Assembly: GCA_963744145.1 (NCBI GenBank)
Contig: CAVUSO010000001.1
Span: 7,328,001-7,392,000 of the forward strand
DNA from: an uncultured cyanobacterium
Lineage (GTDB): Bacteria > Cyanobacteriota > Cyanobacteriia > Cyanobacteriales > CAWUOF01
DNA: 64,000 bases
Reading direction: 5' to 3'
Notes under the pieces: model-generated
Told to the model about the DNA's origin: nothing
Seen by the model: the letters and a program-made list of their open reading frames with translations, nothing else
Databases searched by the model: none
Translations under genes and position numbers: made by a program
Shown here: piece by piece, positions 31,101 to 41,899 of the stretch
Position numbering within the stretch: position 1 is the stretch's first letter
Layout of the letters: each line of letters starts with the position of its first letter

Positions 31101-31832
31101 GTTGCTTATCGTTTCAAGAACGAGGAGGAACATAATCTCAGCAGTATTAGAAAAAACTCTTCTATTGAAAGTTTGATCTGGAAACTGCTCGAATTATCAA
31201 CACCATTAAGTTTTGGAGATGCTTACCATTGGGTCCAAATTCTGAAAAGTATGGCAGAAATTGATTTAGATCGGGCAGCAAAGATTGCTAGTTTTGCACT
31301 GGTTGGTAATGGATTGAAAAAAGAAGAGGTAGAAGAAATACTGATTAACATGGCTAAAGATCATCCCGATTTAGTAATGAACCGATTAGGGGAAGTTATA
31401 ATTGACGAAAACCAAGGATGGCATTTCTTAATTGAAGACTACCGCTTTTTGTTCCAATCACTTCCTCTTAATGCTCTAAAAAACTGGCTTCGTTCAGTAG
31501 GTGTTGTTGGAGCGCGGAAGATTGCCATAAATCTACCGATTCCATACCTAGATGAGAATGGTCAAATTGTCATACCACCACTGACAGAGTTTGTTTTATC
31601 AGAATTTGAAGATGATGAAGATACCTTTCAACGTTTCTGTAAGGGAGCGCACAGTCTTCAGAGTTACGTTGGTAATATAGCATCTCAAAAGAAGCAAGAA
31701 GCAGAGATTGCCAAAAAATTCCTGAATCATCCGTTGCACAGAATTAGGGAATGGGCACTTTATGAGATTGATCGTTGTAACCAGGAGGCTAAATATTGGC
31801 AGCAAAGTGATGAAGAGATCCAAATTGGTTAA
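28172..31832 (+). pseudogene. Restriction-like nuclease + P-loop (STAND-like) NTPase + helical repeat protein, ~1219 aa, split by a +1 frameshift at ~30011-30017
   Basis: N-terminal DGGVD...WQYK, Walker A GESGVGKT, Walker B ILVADE. ORFs 28172..30088 and 30069..31832 join as WQQFF|RILNSRTTTPFTERIALLERRL if one base is removed. Confidence 0.7.
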
Positions 31833-31914
31833 CTAGATAAATAGTATATTTATTGATGGGTATCTGCTATGATTAGCAATTAAAGTTCTCAATGTTTAAA
31901 TAGTAGGTATAGCT

Positions 31915-33000
31915 ATGCTAAATGGATACAAAATTATTGATGCTGATTCCCATATTATCGAACCTCATCAGCTTTGGGCTAAATATATTGCTCCTGAATT
32001 TAAAGACTTTGTACCTACACCAGATTTGAAAATTAAAGGAGAAGAGGTTACTCGCAAAATATCTCAGCAAGTGCGAAAAGAAGGTAACTTACAAATGATG
32101 CGATCGCATCCAAATTCTTATTTTAGTGCTTATGATGTAAAATCTCATTTGCGAGTAATCACTAAAATGGGAATTGATCTAGCTTTTATTTATCCAACTT
32201 GTGGATTGTGGTTATTTGCGATCGATACTTTACCTCCAGAAGTAATAGGTGCTTTTACCCATGCGTATAATACTTGGTTATATGAAGAATTTTGTAGCTA
32301 TAATCCGGCGGTATTAAAAGGGGTGGGAGCGATTAATCTCCATGCACCTGAGCAAATGGTTTCTGAAGTAAATTATATTGCTGAATTTGGCTGGAAAGCT
32401 GTTTTTTTAAGACCTAATCCGATCCGAGGAAGAATTTTGAGTGATCCTGTCTATGAACCATTTTGGACAGCTTGTGAAGAGTTAAATATCGCAGTGGGAA
32501 TCCATGAAGGAACTCATAGTAGTTTACCAACTACAGGAATGGAGAGATTTAATACTCGTTTTGGGATGCACGCTTGTTCTCATCCACTGGAAAATATGAT
32601 GGCATTATTAGCTTTAATTGAAGGAGGAGTATTAGAGCGTCATCCCCAATTGAGAGTAGCGTTTTTAGAATGTGGTTGTGGTTGGGTTCCCTATTGGCTC
32701 TGGAGATTAGATCAAGAATATAAAAATTTGCATTGGGAAGTAGCAAATAATGTGAGAATGTTACCTTCTGATTACTTCCGTCGTCAGTGTTTTGTCGCTG
32801 TTGAACCTTCTGAACTTTATCTAGCTCAAATTATCGAATATATTGGGGCTGATAACTTAATTTTTGGTTCTGATTATCCTCACATGGATCACAATCCGAA
32901 TATAGTTCAGGATTTACTAGCACTAGAAGCAACTTTATCCAAAGAAATTATCAACAAAATAGTTTGGGATAATCCCCAGCGTTTTTATAACTTAGTTTAA
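31915..33000 (+). CDS. Amidohydrolase_2 family metal-dependent hydrolase/decarboxylase
   Basis: IDADSH, GIHEG, FLECG, FGSDYPH. Confidence 0.9.
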   Translation: MLNGYKIIDADSHIIEPHQLWAKYIAPEFKDFVPTPDLKIKGEEVTRKISQQVRKEGNLQMMRSHPNSYFSAYDVKSHLRVITKMGIDLAFIYPTCGLWLFAIDTLPPEVIGAFTHAYNTWLYEEFCSYNPAVLKGVGAINLHAPEQMVSEVNYIAEFGWKAVFLRPNPIRGRILSDPVYEPFWTACEELNIAVGIHEGTHSSLPTTGMERFNTRFGMHACSHPLENMMALLALIEGGVLERHPQLRVAFLECGCGWVPYWLWRLDQEYKNLHWEVANNVRMLPSDYFRRQCFVAVEPSELYLAQIIEYIGADNLIFGSDYPHMDHNPNIVQDLLALEATLSKEIINKIVWDNPQRFYNLV

Positions 33001-33247
33001 TTGGTGAAAGAAATAGCCAATGTATCTCACTTTTAGGATAATAATGTCTCACTCACAATGCTGATTTTGAACTTATGTGATATGTGATAGATCAAACACC
33101 ACCCCAAATATTAGCCAATTTCAATTTCCCTGCTTAAATTTCACTCTCCTTTTCGCTTTTACCGCAGCATTAATTTAATTGTGTAACTCCTGATATAGGA
33201 GTAAGTATGGTAGGATTCTCAATGTAAATTTTATCAACTCGACGAAA

Positions 33248-33604
33248 ATGAAAATAGCTCGTACAGTCCTATTACCAATGACCATGACTGCTCTGGGTTT
33301 AGCTTCAATGTTATCTCCAGCTTTTGGAGAAGAACAATGGTATTTTTATGTTACTAACAATACTGGAGCAACACTTACAGAATTGGTTGCATCCCAAGGA
33401 GATCAATCGGGTAGCTTTGATCTTAATGGGGGAATTCCAACAGGTAAAACAGTAAAAATACTTTGGGCACAACATACCAATGATCTACCTTGTAAAGCAT
33501 TACTAAAAGCTCACTTCGATGATGGTTCAGACAGTAAGTCTGCTGAATTTGATTTTTGCAAGAATTTAGACGATCCGATTGTTTTTTCTAAGTCGAATAA
33601 TTGA
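33248..33604 (+). CDS. Small secreted hypothetical protein
   Basis: Signal peptide ending PAFG; FYVTNNTG; two Cys. Confidence 0.75.
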   Translation: MKIARTVLLPMTMTALGLASMLSPAFGEEQWYFYVTNNTGATLTELVASQGDQSGSFDLNGGIPTGKTVKILWAQHTNDLPCKALLKAHFDDGSDSKSAEFDFCKNLDDPIVFSKSNN

Positions 33605-33673
33605 TTACTATGAAAGCGATCGCTTTTTGTTAATTAAAAAGGCGATCGCATTTGACCATAAGATGTAAAAACT

Positions 33674-34234
33674 ATGTCAATTACAGAAAAAGTCTACTGG
33701 ACAAGCGGTGATTTAGAATTCTTACCTGATAATGGCAACCGTTATGAGATAATTGCAGGAGACTTATTTGTGACAAGAGCACCGCACTGGAAACATCAAA
33801 AAATTGCTGGTAATACTTGCACAGTGTTAAATAATTGGTCGAAACAGACGGGTTTAGGTGAAGCTGTAATAGCACCAGGTATTATCTTCACTGATGCTGA
33901 TAATGTTATTCCTGATGTGGTTTGGGTAAGCAATGAACGTTTAGCAAAATTATTAGATAATGCGGGACATTTGATTGCTGCACCCGAGTTAGTGGTAGAA
34001 GTGATGTCTCCAGGGGAAGAAAATGAAAAACGCGATCGGCAGTCAAAGTTAAAGTTATATTCAACTCAAGGAGTACGGGAATATTGGATTTTTGACTGGA
34101 AGCAGCAAAAAATTGAAGTTTACCGTCGGGAAAACGGGGTGTTAAAATTAGCAATGACCTTGTTTAAAGAAGATCATTTAACCAGTCCTTTGTTACCAAA
34201 TTTTCATGTATTGGTAGGGGAATTGTTTGAGTAG
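33674..34234 (+). CDS. Uma2-family endonuclease
   Basis: RYEIIAG, PDVVW, PELVVEVMSP, KLKLY...GVREYWI. Confidence 0.92.
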   Translation: MSITEKVYWTSGDLEFLPDNGNRYEIIAGDLFVTRAPHWKHQKIAGNTCTVLNNWSKQTGLGEAVIAPGIIFTDADNVIPDVVWVSNERLAKLLDNAGHLIAAPELVVEVMSPGEENEKRDRQSKLKLYSTQGVREYWIFDWKQQKIEVYRRENGVLKLAMTLFKEDHLTSPLLPNFHVLVGELFE

Positions 34235-34246
34235 AGATGATCACAA

Positions 34247-35020
34247 TTATTTTCGATCGCTAAAAGGAGCTAACCACTTCATAATTTCTTTTTTTAGCTG
34301 ATATAAATCTTGATAAACTTCTTGCTTAAACCATTGCCCAATTACATCTAGAGGTGTAAAATCTTTGCCTAATTTTGGCCAACTCAGATTTTGACTTAAA
34401 GGTGTGGTATGACTTCCTGTTAAAGTTCTGACTGTAATGAAATCAGGAAAACGTTGTTGGAGCAATTCACTTAATGGTAGGGTTTGATCAAGAGTATCGA
34501 GAGAGAACTTAATTAATAAATTTCTTCGGACTTGATAATCTTTACTAATAATTCGCTGAGTTTCTAAGGGAGAAGGAGTAAATTCTACCTCAAATACTGG
34601 GGAGATTTGCTCTAATAAAGGAATCGAGTCTCGAGCTGCATAATTATTAAAAGAAATGAGAATATTACCGGAACGCTGAATTGGAAATAAACTGCCAATT
34701 AATAATTGGATTTTTGCCCCCATGCTATGTCCTAAACCATAGATAGAAAGATATCGTCGTCGTAATGCAGAAGTAGCATATAAGCGATCGAGGGTATTTT
34801 CAAAATTATGTAATACAGTCTGAGCGATATCAATGTGGTCTAAGGTATTGACAAAAGGAGTCGCAATGATTACATATCCTTCCCTAGCTAATTCCTCTAA
34901 TAACCAACGATAAGTCAAATGGGGTGCTGTTGCGACCAATGCACCTCCCAGAAAATGGACGATCGCTACTGGTCGAGTGGGAATTAACACCCAGCTACCA
35001 TAAATTTCTTGCCAGTTCAT
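34247..35020 (-). CDS. DUF1350-family alpha/beta hydrolase-like protein
   Basis: VHFLGGA, YGLGHSMG, NILISFNN, GSHTTP. Confidence 0.85.
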   Translation of the reverse strand: MNWQEIYGSWVLIPTRPVAIVHFLGGALVATAPHLTYRWLLEELAREGYVIIATPFVNTLDHIDIAQTVLHNFENTLDRLYATSALRRRYLSIYGLGHSMGAKIQLLIGSLFPIQRSGNILISFNNYAARDSIPLLEQISPVFEVEFTPSPLETQRIISKDYQVRRNLLIKFSLDTLDQTLPLSELLQQRFPDFITVRTLTGSHTTPLSQNLSWPKLGKDFTPLDVIGQWFKQEVYQDLYQLKKEIMKWLAPFSDRK

Positions 35021-35117
35021 GATAAAATAGTTGATATGGCTTAATCAAATTGTCAGGGGTTCTCGTTGTCTTAATTAAGCATATCGCGATCGCCCCTCAT
35101 CCTATCATCCTATATAT

Positions 35118-38100
35118 ATGCTAAATCTAGATGCAATAATTAAAACTTGGCTAAAATTTATAGTATTGGTATGGCTAGGAATTGCGATCGCTGGATGTAG
35201 TGTCACTAATATTTTCCCAAATCGAGAGTCCCTACCAGAAGTTTCCCCTGTCAGTCTCCCCAAACTTCCCGATTGGATTGAAGAAATTAGTCCCAAGGGA
35301 AAAGCTGAACCCTTAGCTCAAATTTGGATCAGTTTTCACGATCCACTCATCCCGATCGAAAGTCTTGATTCCCCCGATATATCCGCAAAACTAAAACAAT
35401 TTGAAATCTTACCACCCTTACCAGGAGAATTTCGATTTTTAACTCCACGGATGGTAGGATTTCAAGCATCCCAAGCACTTCCAAAAGCAAGTCGGATTAA
35501 AATTACCCTCAAAGCAGGTTTATCGGATCTGAAAAATCACCGTCTTGATCAAGATTTAGCCTGGACATTTAATACAGAACCAATTAATCTAACTATTAAA
35601 ACGGGGAGGGAGCCAGAAAATTATAATCAAAGTGTTAATTTAAAACCAACGATAGCAGTTACTTCTAATGTCGAACTAAATTTAGACTCAATTAACCAAC
35701 AGGTTAGTCTAACTCCCGAAGGAAAAAATACTAGCATTCCTTTAAAAGTAGAATTAAAACCAGCAGATTCCCCATTAAAACCCCAGCGTAAGTTTGATCC
35801 ATCACTACAGAACTGGATTTACCATGTAACTCCCCAGCAAAATCTTGATCAAGCAACTCGTTATAGCTTAGAATTTTCTCCCGGATTACGTCCAGAAAAG
35901 GGAAATCTATCTAGTACGATCGCTTTTGGAAGTCAGTTTACCACCTATGCACCTTTAAAATTTGCCGAAATTAAACTGGTGAATCAACCGACTGAAGGTG
36001 ATTCCAGTGCTAGATTTGTTAAAGGTAGTGCTGATTTAGTATTTAACAACAATATTATTCCTGATTCAGCTCGTGAAAATATTACCATTAATCCAGCGAT
36101 CGCTAAAGACAGACCAAAATTTATCCGTATAGATGATCACAGTAACTCTGTCAGTATCAATCCCTGGTCATTAGAACCCAAAACTAATTATACAATTAAT
36201 ATTGGAGCTAACCTCAAGGATGAATTCGGACAAACTTTAGGGAAACCAATGACAGTGAAATATGAAACTGGAGATGTAGCACCTGACATTTGGGCACCAT
36301 CAGGATTACATATTTTTCCAACCGGAAAAGATTTACAATTAAATATTTCTACGGTTAATCTACCCGAAGCAAAATATCAAGCAGCATTTAAAGTAGTCCA
36401 ACCAACTGATTTAGTTTATACAGATTCAGCCTATTTTACTACCGAAGGAATTAATTTATTACCTAATCCCAAAACTTGGTCAAGTTTTCCAGTCAAAAGC
36501 AAATTAAATCAGGCTCAAGATATAACAATTCCATTGAGAAAACAATTAGGTACTGATACGGGAATGTTAGCTTATGGAGTAAAAGCAAAAACTAATCGTT
36601 ACTGGGAAAAAGGTAAACAATTATGGAGAGAACCAGAAAATTATGGCATAGTACAGTTAACTAATTTGGGAGTATTTGCTCAATGGTTTCCTGATTCTGG
36701 TTTAATCAGAGTTAATCATTTAACTGATGGTGCTGCTGTTGCTAATTCATCCGTGGAAATATATGAATCTAAATTAGATGCAAAATCTTATCCTCAACCA
36801 AGTCCCTGTGCCAATGGAAAAACTGATCAGACTGGTATATTACTATTAAATAGTCAAGATTTGCAAAAATGTTTACAAGATAACCCCACCTTTACTGAAG
36901 CACCGAACCTATTAGTAATTGCTCGGGAAGGTAAAGATTGGGCATTTGTTAGGACTTTAAGTTATAGTGGTGCTTACGGTTATGGGATTAATGGAGGATG
37001 GAATAGTGGAAAACCGGAATCAAGGGGAATAATTTTCTCCGATCGACAGCTTTATCAACCAGGAGAAAAAGTTCAAACTACTACAGTTGCTTATTATCTA
37101 CAAAATGGTACGATCAAGCAAGATCAAAAAACTCGCTATACAGTAACTATAGAAAGTCCAGATGGTAAAAAGACCGATCTCGGTACTCAGATCACTAATA
37201 ACTTTGGCACTTTTTCATTAGAAATACCCCTCAAACCTAATCAACCTCTTGGTTATTATGCTCTTCGTGCTAAAGGAGAAAGTGGTGCAGAAATTACTGG
37301 TCAATTTCGAGTAGCAGAATTTAAACCACCGAATTTCAAAGTAGATTTAAAACTAGATCAAGAATTGGCACTAGTTAATGATAAAATTACCGCTAATGCT
37401 ACCAGTAATTACCTATTTGGAGCACCAGTTATGGGTGGGAAATCCACCTATTATGTGACTCGTCAGAAAGTAGAATTTATTCCAAAAGGATGGGAAAAAT
37501 TTGCTTTTGGCCCTCAATGGTTTTGGCCCGAAGAAAGTCCTACTGTTCCTAGTGATGTATTACAGCAACCCCAAACTTTAAATGAAACAGGTAAATCCAG
37601 TCAGACTATTAATATAGCAAACGATTTACCTTATCCGATGAAATATCGGGTCGATGTAGAAGTAGTTGATGTATCTAATCTATCTGTATCAAACTCCCAG
37701 ACTTTTACTGCTCTTCCTAGCGATCGCTTAATTGGTTTACAAAGTAATTTTGTTGCTGATGCTAATAAAGCTGTTCCAATTCAAGTTATTGTGACCGATC
37801 CGACAGGAAAAGTAAAAGAAGGTGAAACAGTACGGATAGAATTGCAACAGATGAAATATAACAGCGTCACCCAAGTAATAGAAGGAAGCAAAACTCCTCG
37901 GAATCAAATAGAATATAAAACGATCGCTAAAACAGAAATAAAATCAGCAGCTACCCCCCAATCGATCGCACTAATTCCTCGTGAGTCAGGTTCTTATCGT
38001 ATCCGAGCAAATTTTACTGATGCTAAAGATGATCTGACTGTAACTGACTTACAAATTTGGGTAAGTGGTGATAATCAAGTCAGATGGGAACATAAAAACT

Positions 38101-40850
38101 CACGGGAAAATTATTTAGAAGTTAAATTAGATCAAGACTCCTATAAAGTAGGTGAAACCGCAACAGCTTTAATTCAATCACCCTATCCAGAAGCAGAATT
38201 ATATTTTGCTGTAGTACGTCATAAAATTCTCTATCAAAGCATCACTAAAGTTAAAGGTGGTGCCCCACAAATTAAGTTTACTGTAACTCCAGAAATGTTA
38301 CCTAATGCAGCAGTAGAAGCAGTTTTAGTACGTCAAGGTGTCCCTTTAAACCAGGTAGAACCAGACACATTAGAAAACTTAATGCAAGTCGGGTTTGCTC
38401 CCTTTAAAACCAGTTTAGAAGATAAATATTTACAAGTACAAGTTACTCCTACCCAAGCACAAGTCGAACCCGGTACAGAGCAAACAGTACAACTACAATT
38501 GCAAGATCATCAAAATCATCCAGTCTCAGGACAATTTACTGTGATGGTAGTAAATGAATCAGTATTGCAATTAAGTGGTTATCATCCACCAGATTTAGTC
38601 AAAACTATCTATGCACAACAAGCAATTTCCACTCGTTTCGGAGATAATCGTAGCGATGTAGTCTTAGAACCAATGTCTTCACCTCTAGCAAAAGGATGGG
38701 GTTATGGAGGTGGATTTTCTACAGCAGCAGCTAATACTCGTACTCGTAAAGATTTTCAAGCTTTAGCTTATTATAATGGCTCAATTCTTACCGATCCAAA
38801 AGGAAAAGCTCAGATTAACTTTAAATTACCAGATGATCTGACTACCTGGAGAATAATGGCAATTGCTAGTAGTGAAGACCTAAGATTTGGTAATGGGGAT
38901 GCGACATTTATCACAACTAAACCATTAATTTCCAATCCCCTATTACCTCAATTTGCCCGTCCTAGCGATCGCATTGAAATTGGTTTATCTGTTACTAATA
39001 ATACCCAGGAAACTGGAAACTTAGCAATTACCGGTTCTGTCAATGGTGGGATAAAATTTGATCACAATAATCCTACCACGGTCAACCTCAAAACCCAAGC
39101 AAAAACAGGAACTAATGCTTATCATTTTCCCATAGTTGCTATTAACCCTGGTAAATCTCAAGTCAAGTTTACCACGGAATTAAATCATGGAAATGATGCT
39201 TTTGAAGTTCCCTTAGAGGTAAAACCTTTAGAAATTACTGAACAAGTAGTAGAAACAGGAACCACTAACAATCAAGTCAAAATTCCATTAAACGTAGATC
39301 AAAAAGTTGTTTCCAATGTAGGAGGATTAGAAATTTCTCTCGCAAGTACCTTAATCCCAGATATAATTGCACCAGCACAGGAAGTTTTAAATAATGAACA
39401 ATTACCATTTTTAGAACCAACTGCAAGTCAATTAGCGATCGCCACTAATCTGCAAATCTTATCACCAAAATATCATCAATCCTTAGCATCATTCAACCCT
39501 AGTCAAACCGCTACCCAATCGCTGAGTCAATTACAAAAACTCCAACAACCAGATGGTGGTTTTGCTGATTTTCCTGGACAAAAAACCTCCGATCCTTTTC
39601 TTTCTCCTTATACAGCACAAACTTTAGCACAAGCAGCACAAGTTTTTCCTAATTTAGTAGATTCAGGAATGGTGACTGCTCTGAATACTTACCTCAAGAA
39701 AATTCTGGCTGATCCCGGACAATATGAATTCTGTAAACAACAACTTTGTCAAAATCAAATCCGCTTAGAAGCTCTGATCGCTTTAGCAGCAATGGGAGAA
39801 AAACGCAATGATTTTCTGTCAGATATTTATACAGGACGGAATGATTTTGCTCTAGTCAATCAAATCAAACTAGCAAGTTACCTAACTCAATTTCCTGAAT
39901 GGAAACAGCAGTCAAAAACACTCTTTGACAAAATCAAGGAAACCATATATCAAACTGGACGTACAGCAACCATTAATATCCCTGAAAATTGGAATTGGTT
40001 AGGTTCAATTACCACAACCCAAGCACAAGCTTTAAGACTAGCGATCGCCCAAAATAGCAAACCAGAAACCATAGATCGATTACTAACAGGACTCTTAGCA
40101 CTACGACGGAATGGTACTTGGGAAAACACCTACGATAATGCCGAAGCACTCACAGCATTGGTAGAATATAGTAAACTTCAACCCACACCACCAAATTTTA
40201 ATGCTACCGTAAAACTAGCAAACAAAAAATTAGATTCAGAGAAATTTGAAGGTGATCGTCATCCTAATTCATTAACTAATGTCGCAATGGATCAGTTACC
40301 TCGCGATCGCCATGATCTGATCTTAGAAAAATCCGGTCAAGGTACACTACATTATTTAGTAGCTTATCGCTATCGCTTACAAGGAAATCAACCAGGACGG
40401 TTTAACGGTTTACGAGTAACGCGAGCAATACGTGGAGCAAATCAGACAGAAATATTACGACAAATAGGAATGTATGCAACAGATGAACCTTTAAGTGTAG
40501 CAGCAGGACAAGTATTTGATATTGGGTTAGAAATTATCGCTGATCATCCCATGAATCAAGTAGTAATAACTGATTATCTTCCAGCCGGATTTGAAGCAAT
40601 AGATACTAGTTTTAAAACTGCTACTAAAGCAGTGAAAGTAGAAAAGGACGATTTTGGATTTAAAAATATCTATCGCGATCGGATAGTTGCTTATAGCGAT
40701 CGACTATCACCAGGAATTTATAGCCTACATTATCTAGTACGTTCAGTGACACCAGGCACATTTATCTGGCCCGGTGCTGAAGCTCATTTACAATATAGCC
40801 CAGAAGAATTTGGGCGATCGGCTTCATCCAGTTTAGTGATCAAAGAATAA
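35118..40850 (+). CDS. Bacterial alpha-2-macroglobulin family lipoprotein
   Basis: Lipobox IAGC, DRQLYQPGE, AEFKPP, LPDDLTTWR, LPAGFE, PGAEAHLQYSPE. Confidence 0.93.
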   Translation: MLNLDAIIKTWLKFIVLVWLGIAIAGCSVTNIFPNRESLPEVSPVSLPKLPDWIEEISPKGKAEPLAQIWISFHDPLIPIESLDSPDISAKLKQFEILPPLPGEFRFLTPRMVGFQASQALPKASRIKITLKAGLSDLKNHRLDQDLAWTFNTEPINLTIKTGREPENYNQSVNLKPTIAVTSNVELNLDSINQQVSLTPEGKNTSIPLKVELKPADSPLKPQRKFDPSLQNWIYHVTPQQNLDQATRYSLEFSPGLRPEKGNLSSTIAFGSQFTTYAPLKFAEIKLVNQPTEGDSSARFVKGSADLVFNNNIIPDSARENITINPAIAKDRPKFIRIDDHSNSVSINPWSLEPKTNYTINIGANLKDEFGQTLGKPMTVKYETGDVAPDIWAPSGLHIFPTGKDLQLNISTVNLPEAKYQAAFKVVQPTDLVYTDSAYFTTEGINLLPNPKTWSSFPVKSKLNQAQDITIPLRKQLGTDTGMLAYGVKAKTNRYWEKGKQLWREPENYGIVQLTNLGVFAQWFPDSGLIRVNHLTDGAAVANSSVEIYESKLDAKSYPQPSPCANGKTDQTGILLLNSQDLQKCLQDNPTFTEAPNLLVIAREGKDWAFVRTLSYSGAYGYGINGGWNSGKPESRGIIFSDRQLYQPGEKVQTTTVAYYLQNGTIKQDQKTRYTVTIESPDGKKTDLGTQITNNFGTFSLEIPLKPNQPLGYYALRAKGESGAEITGQFRVAEFKPPNFKVDLKLDQELALVNDKITANATSNYLFGAPVMGGKSTYYVTRQKVEFIPKGWEKFAFGPQWFWPEESPTVPSDVLQQPQTLNETGKSSQTINIANDLPYPMKYRVDVEVVDVSNLSVSNSQTFTALPSDRLIGLQSNFVADANKAVPIQVIVTDPTGKVKEGETVRIELQQMKYNSVTQVIEGSKTPRNQIEYKTIAKTEIKSAATPQSIALIPRESGSYRIRANFTDAKDDLTVTDLQIWVSGDNQVRWEHKNSRENYLEVKLDQDSYKVGETATALIQSPYPEAELYFAVVRHKILYQSITKVKGGAPQIKFTVTPEMLPNAAVEAVLVRQGVPLNQVEPDTLENLMQVGFAPFKTSLEDKYLQVQVTPTQAQVEPGTEQTVQLQLQDHQNHPVSGQFTVMVVNESVLQLSGYHPPDLVKTIYAQQAISTRFGDNRSDVVLEPMSSPLAKGWGYGGGFSTAAANTRTRKDFQALAYYNGSILTDPKGKAQINFKLPDDLTTWRIMAIASSEDLRFGNGDATFITTKPLISNPLLPQFARPSDRIEIGLSVTNNTQETGNLAITGSVNGGIKFDHNNPTTVNLKTQAKTGTNAYHFPIVAINPGKSQVKFTTELNHGNDAFEVPLEVKPLEITEQVVETGTTNNQVKIPLNVDQKVVSNVGGLEISLASTLIPDIIAPAQEVLNNEQLPFLEPTASQLAIATNLQILSPKYHQSLASFNPSQTATQSLSQLQKLQQPDGGFADFPGQKTSDPFLSPYTAQTLAQAAQVFPNLVDSGMVTALNTYLKKILADPGQYEFCKQQLCQNQIRLEALIALAAMGEKRNDFLSDIYTGRNDFALVNQIKLASYLTQFPEWKQQSKTLFDKIKETIYQTGRTATINIPENWNWLGSITTTQAQALRLAIAQNSKPETIDRLLTGLLALRRNGTWENTYDNAEALTALVEYSKLQPTPPNFNATVKLANKKLDSEKFEGDRHPNSLTNVAMDQLPRDRHDLILEKSGQGTLHYLVAYRYRLQGNQPGRFNGLRVTRAIRGANQTEILRQIGMYATDEPLSVAAGQVFDIGLEIIADHPMNQVVITDYLPAGFEAIDTSFKTATKAVKVEKDDFGFKNIYRDRIVAYSDRLSPGIYSLHYLVRSVTPGTFIWPGAEAHLQYSPEEFGRSASSSLVIKE

Positions 40851-40895
40851 AATCATCTAAAATTTAGAATAGTTAGATTTTAGGAATATTGCTTA

Positions 40896-41003
40896 ATGAA
40901 TAACGATTTAATCTTGTTTTTGGCTGGGATTGGAGTATTAATTCTCTATCTAATCTTTTCCGCAGCAACAGAGATGGGAACCAAACTCCCTTGGCGAAAA
41001 TAA
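40896..41003 (+). CDS. 35-aa single-TM small protein, absent from the ORF track
   Basis: MNNDLILFLAGIGVLILYLIFSAATEMGTKLPWRK*; AGGA upstream; its duplicated 3' end differs only at synonymous positions. Confidence 0.7.
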   Translation: MNNDLILFLAGIGVLILYLIFSAATEMGTKLPWRK

Positions 41004-41006
41004 GAG
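40967..41006 (+). repeat. 40-bp direct repeat, left copy (att-like)
   Basis: AACAGAGATGGGAACCAAACTCCCTTGGCGAAAATAAGAG; 38/40 identical to 43767..43806. Confidence 0.9.
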
Positions 41007-41021
41007 TAATGTCAGATGGGG

Positions 41022-41181
41022 TATGTCTCGACTACGCCTTGTGTTGAGCGTAGTCGAAACATCGACACAAGGGTTCATCAAGGTGATCTGTGGGGCAGGG
41101 CGGGTTCATTAATACCTCGACTGCGCTCGGCACAAGGGTTATTTGTGTGTGACAAATTAATCGGTGAACCCGCCCCTACAG
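41022..41181. repeat. Composite REP-like cluster
   Basis: CTCGACTACGC...GCGTAGTCGA, CTCGACTGCGCTCGGCAC, GGGCGGGTTCA...TGAACCCGCCCCTAC. Confidence 0.75.
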
Positions 41182-41266
41182 GTGATAAACCTATTCGGAT
41201 CTGGTCTGATTTACCAAAAAAAAATCTGAAATTCAAGATAAAAATATTAGCATTATTCCTAATATT

Positions 41267-41899
41267 TCACTGATCGAAATTAAACTGAGGAAATTTTTCA
41301 CTTAGGCTTTGACCAAAATAATGCTGACACCAAAACTCTGCTATTTCTAACAACATCGGAATCGATTTAGGAATCAACCCTGTCCCAGATAGCGGTTCAT
41401 ACTCTTCTGTACATTCTCGAGCGAGTTTATAAGCCCAGAATTCAAAGTCTGACTTCAAAAAACAACGCAAAGCATAATCAATTTTGAGCAGGTTTCCACT
41501 CCGAACAAAATGAATCGTTGTCCAGTGAACACGACGAATATCATCACCTTGCAAATCCTTAATTTTTTTCAAAATTTTGTAAATTTCTTCGGTATTTTCC
41601 AGCGTAGACTCTTGAGTCTGTTTTTCCATCAATGCGATCGCTTCAGCAACAATTGTTTGATCGAGTTCCCATTCTTCAGATGAGAAATTTTCAGGACAAG
41701 ATTCCTCATTCATCTTTTCTTGGACTCGTTTAGCGATATAAAGACCAAACTTTCTAGTTGCTGATTGATCTGAACAGAGACTTTTGATGCTAACTAAACG
41801 AGTAATAGCTATAGCAAATCTACTAGATTGAAGTTCTTCTACTGTTATCAACCATTTTTTGATAATGTTCGCAATTTTGGTCTGTCCATTTTTTTTCAT
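41267..41899 (-). CDS. Hypothetical protein
   Basis: Open frame; ATG at 41899 (MKKNGQ) preferred; no recognised motif. Confidence 0.65.
   Translation of the reverse strand: MKKNGQTKIANIIKKWLITVEELQSSRFAIAITRLVSIKSLCSDQSATRKFGLYIAKRVQEKMNEESCPENFSSEEWELDQTIVAEAIALMEKQTQESTLENTEEIYKILKKIKDLQGDDIRRVHWTTIHFVRSGNLLKIDYALRCFLKSDFEFWAYKLARECTEEYEPLSGTGLIPKSIPMLLEIAEFWCQHYFGQSLSEKFPQFNFDQ

Noticed and set aside
41016..41273. 85-aa ORF (also 43791..44039 and 6784..7146)
   Set aside because: Translations of REP/MITE sequence or antisense to real genes.
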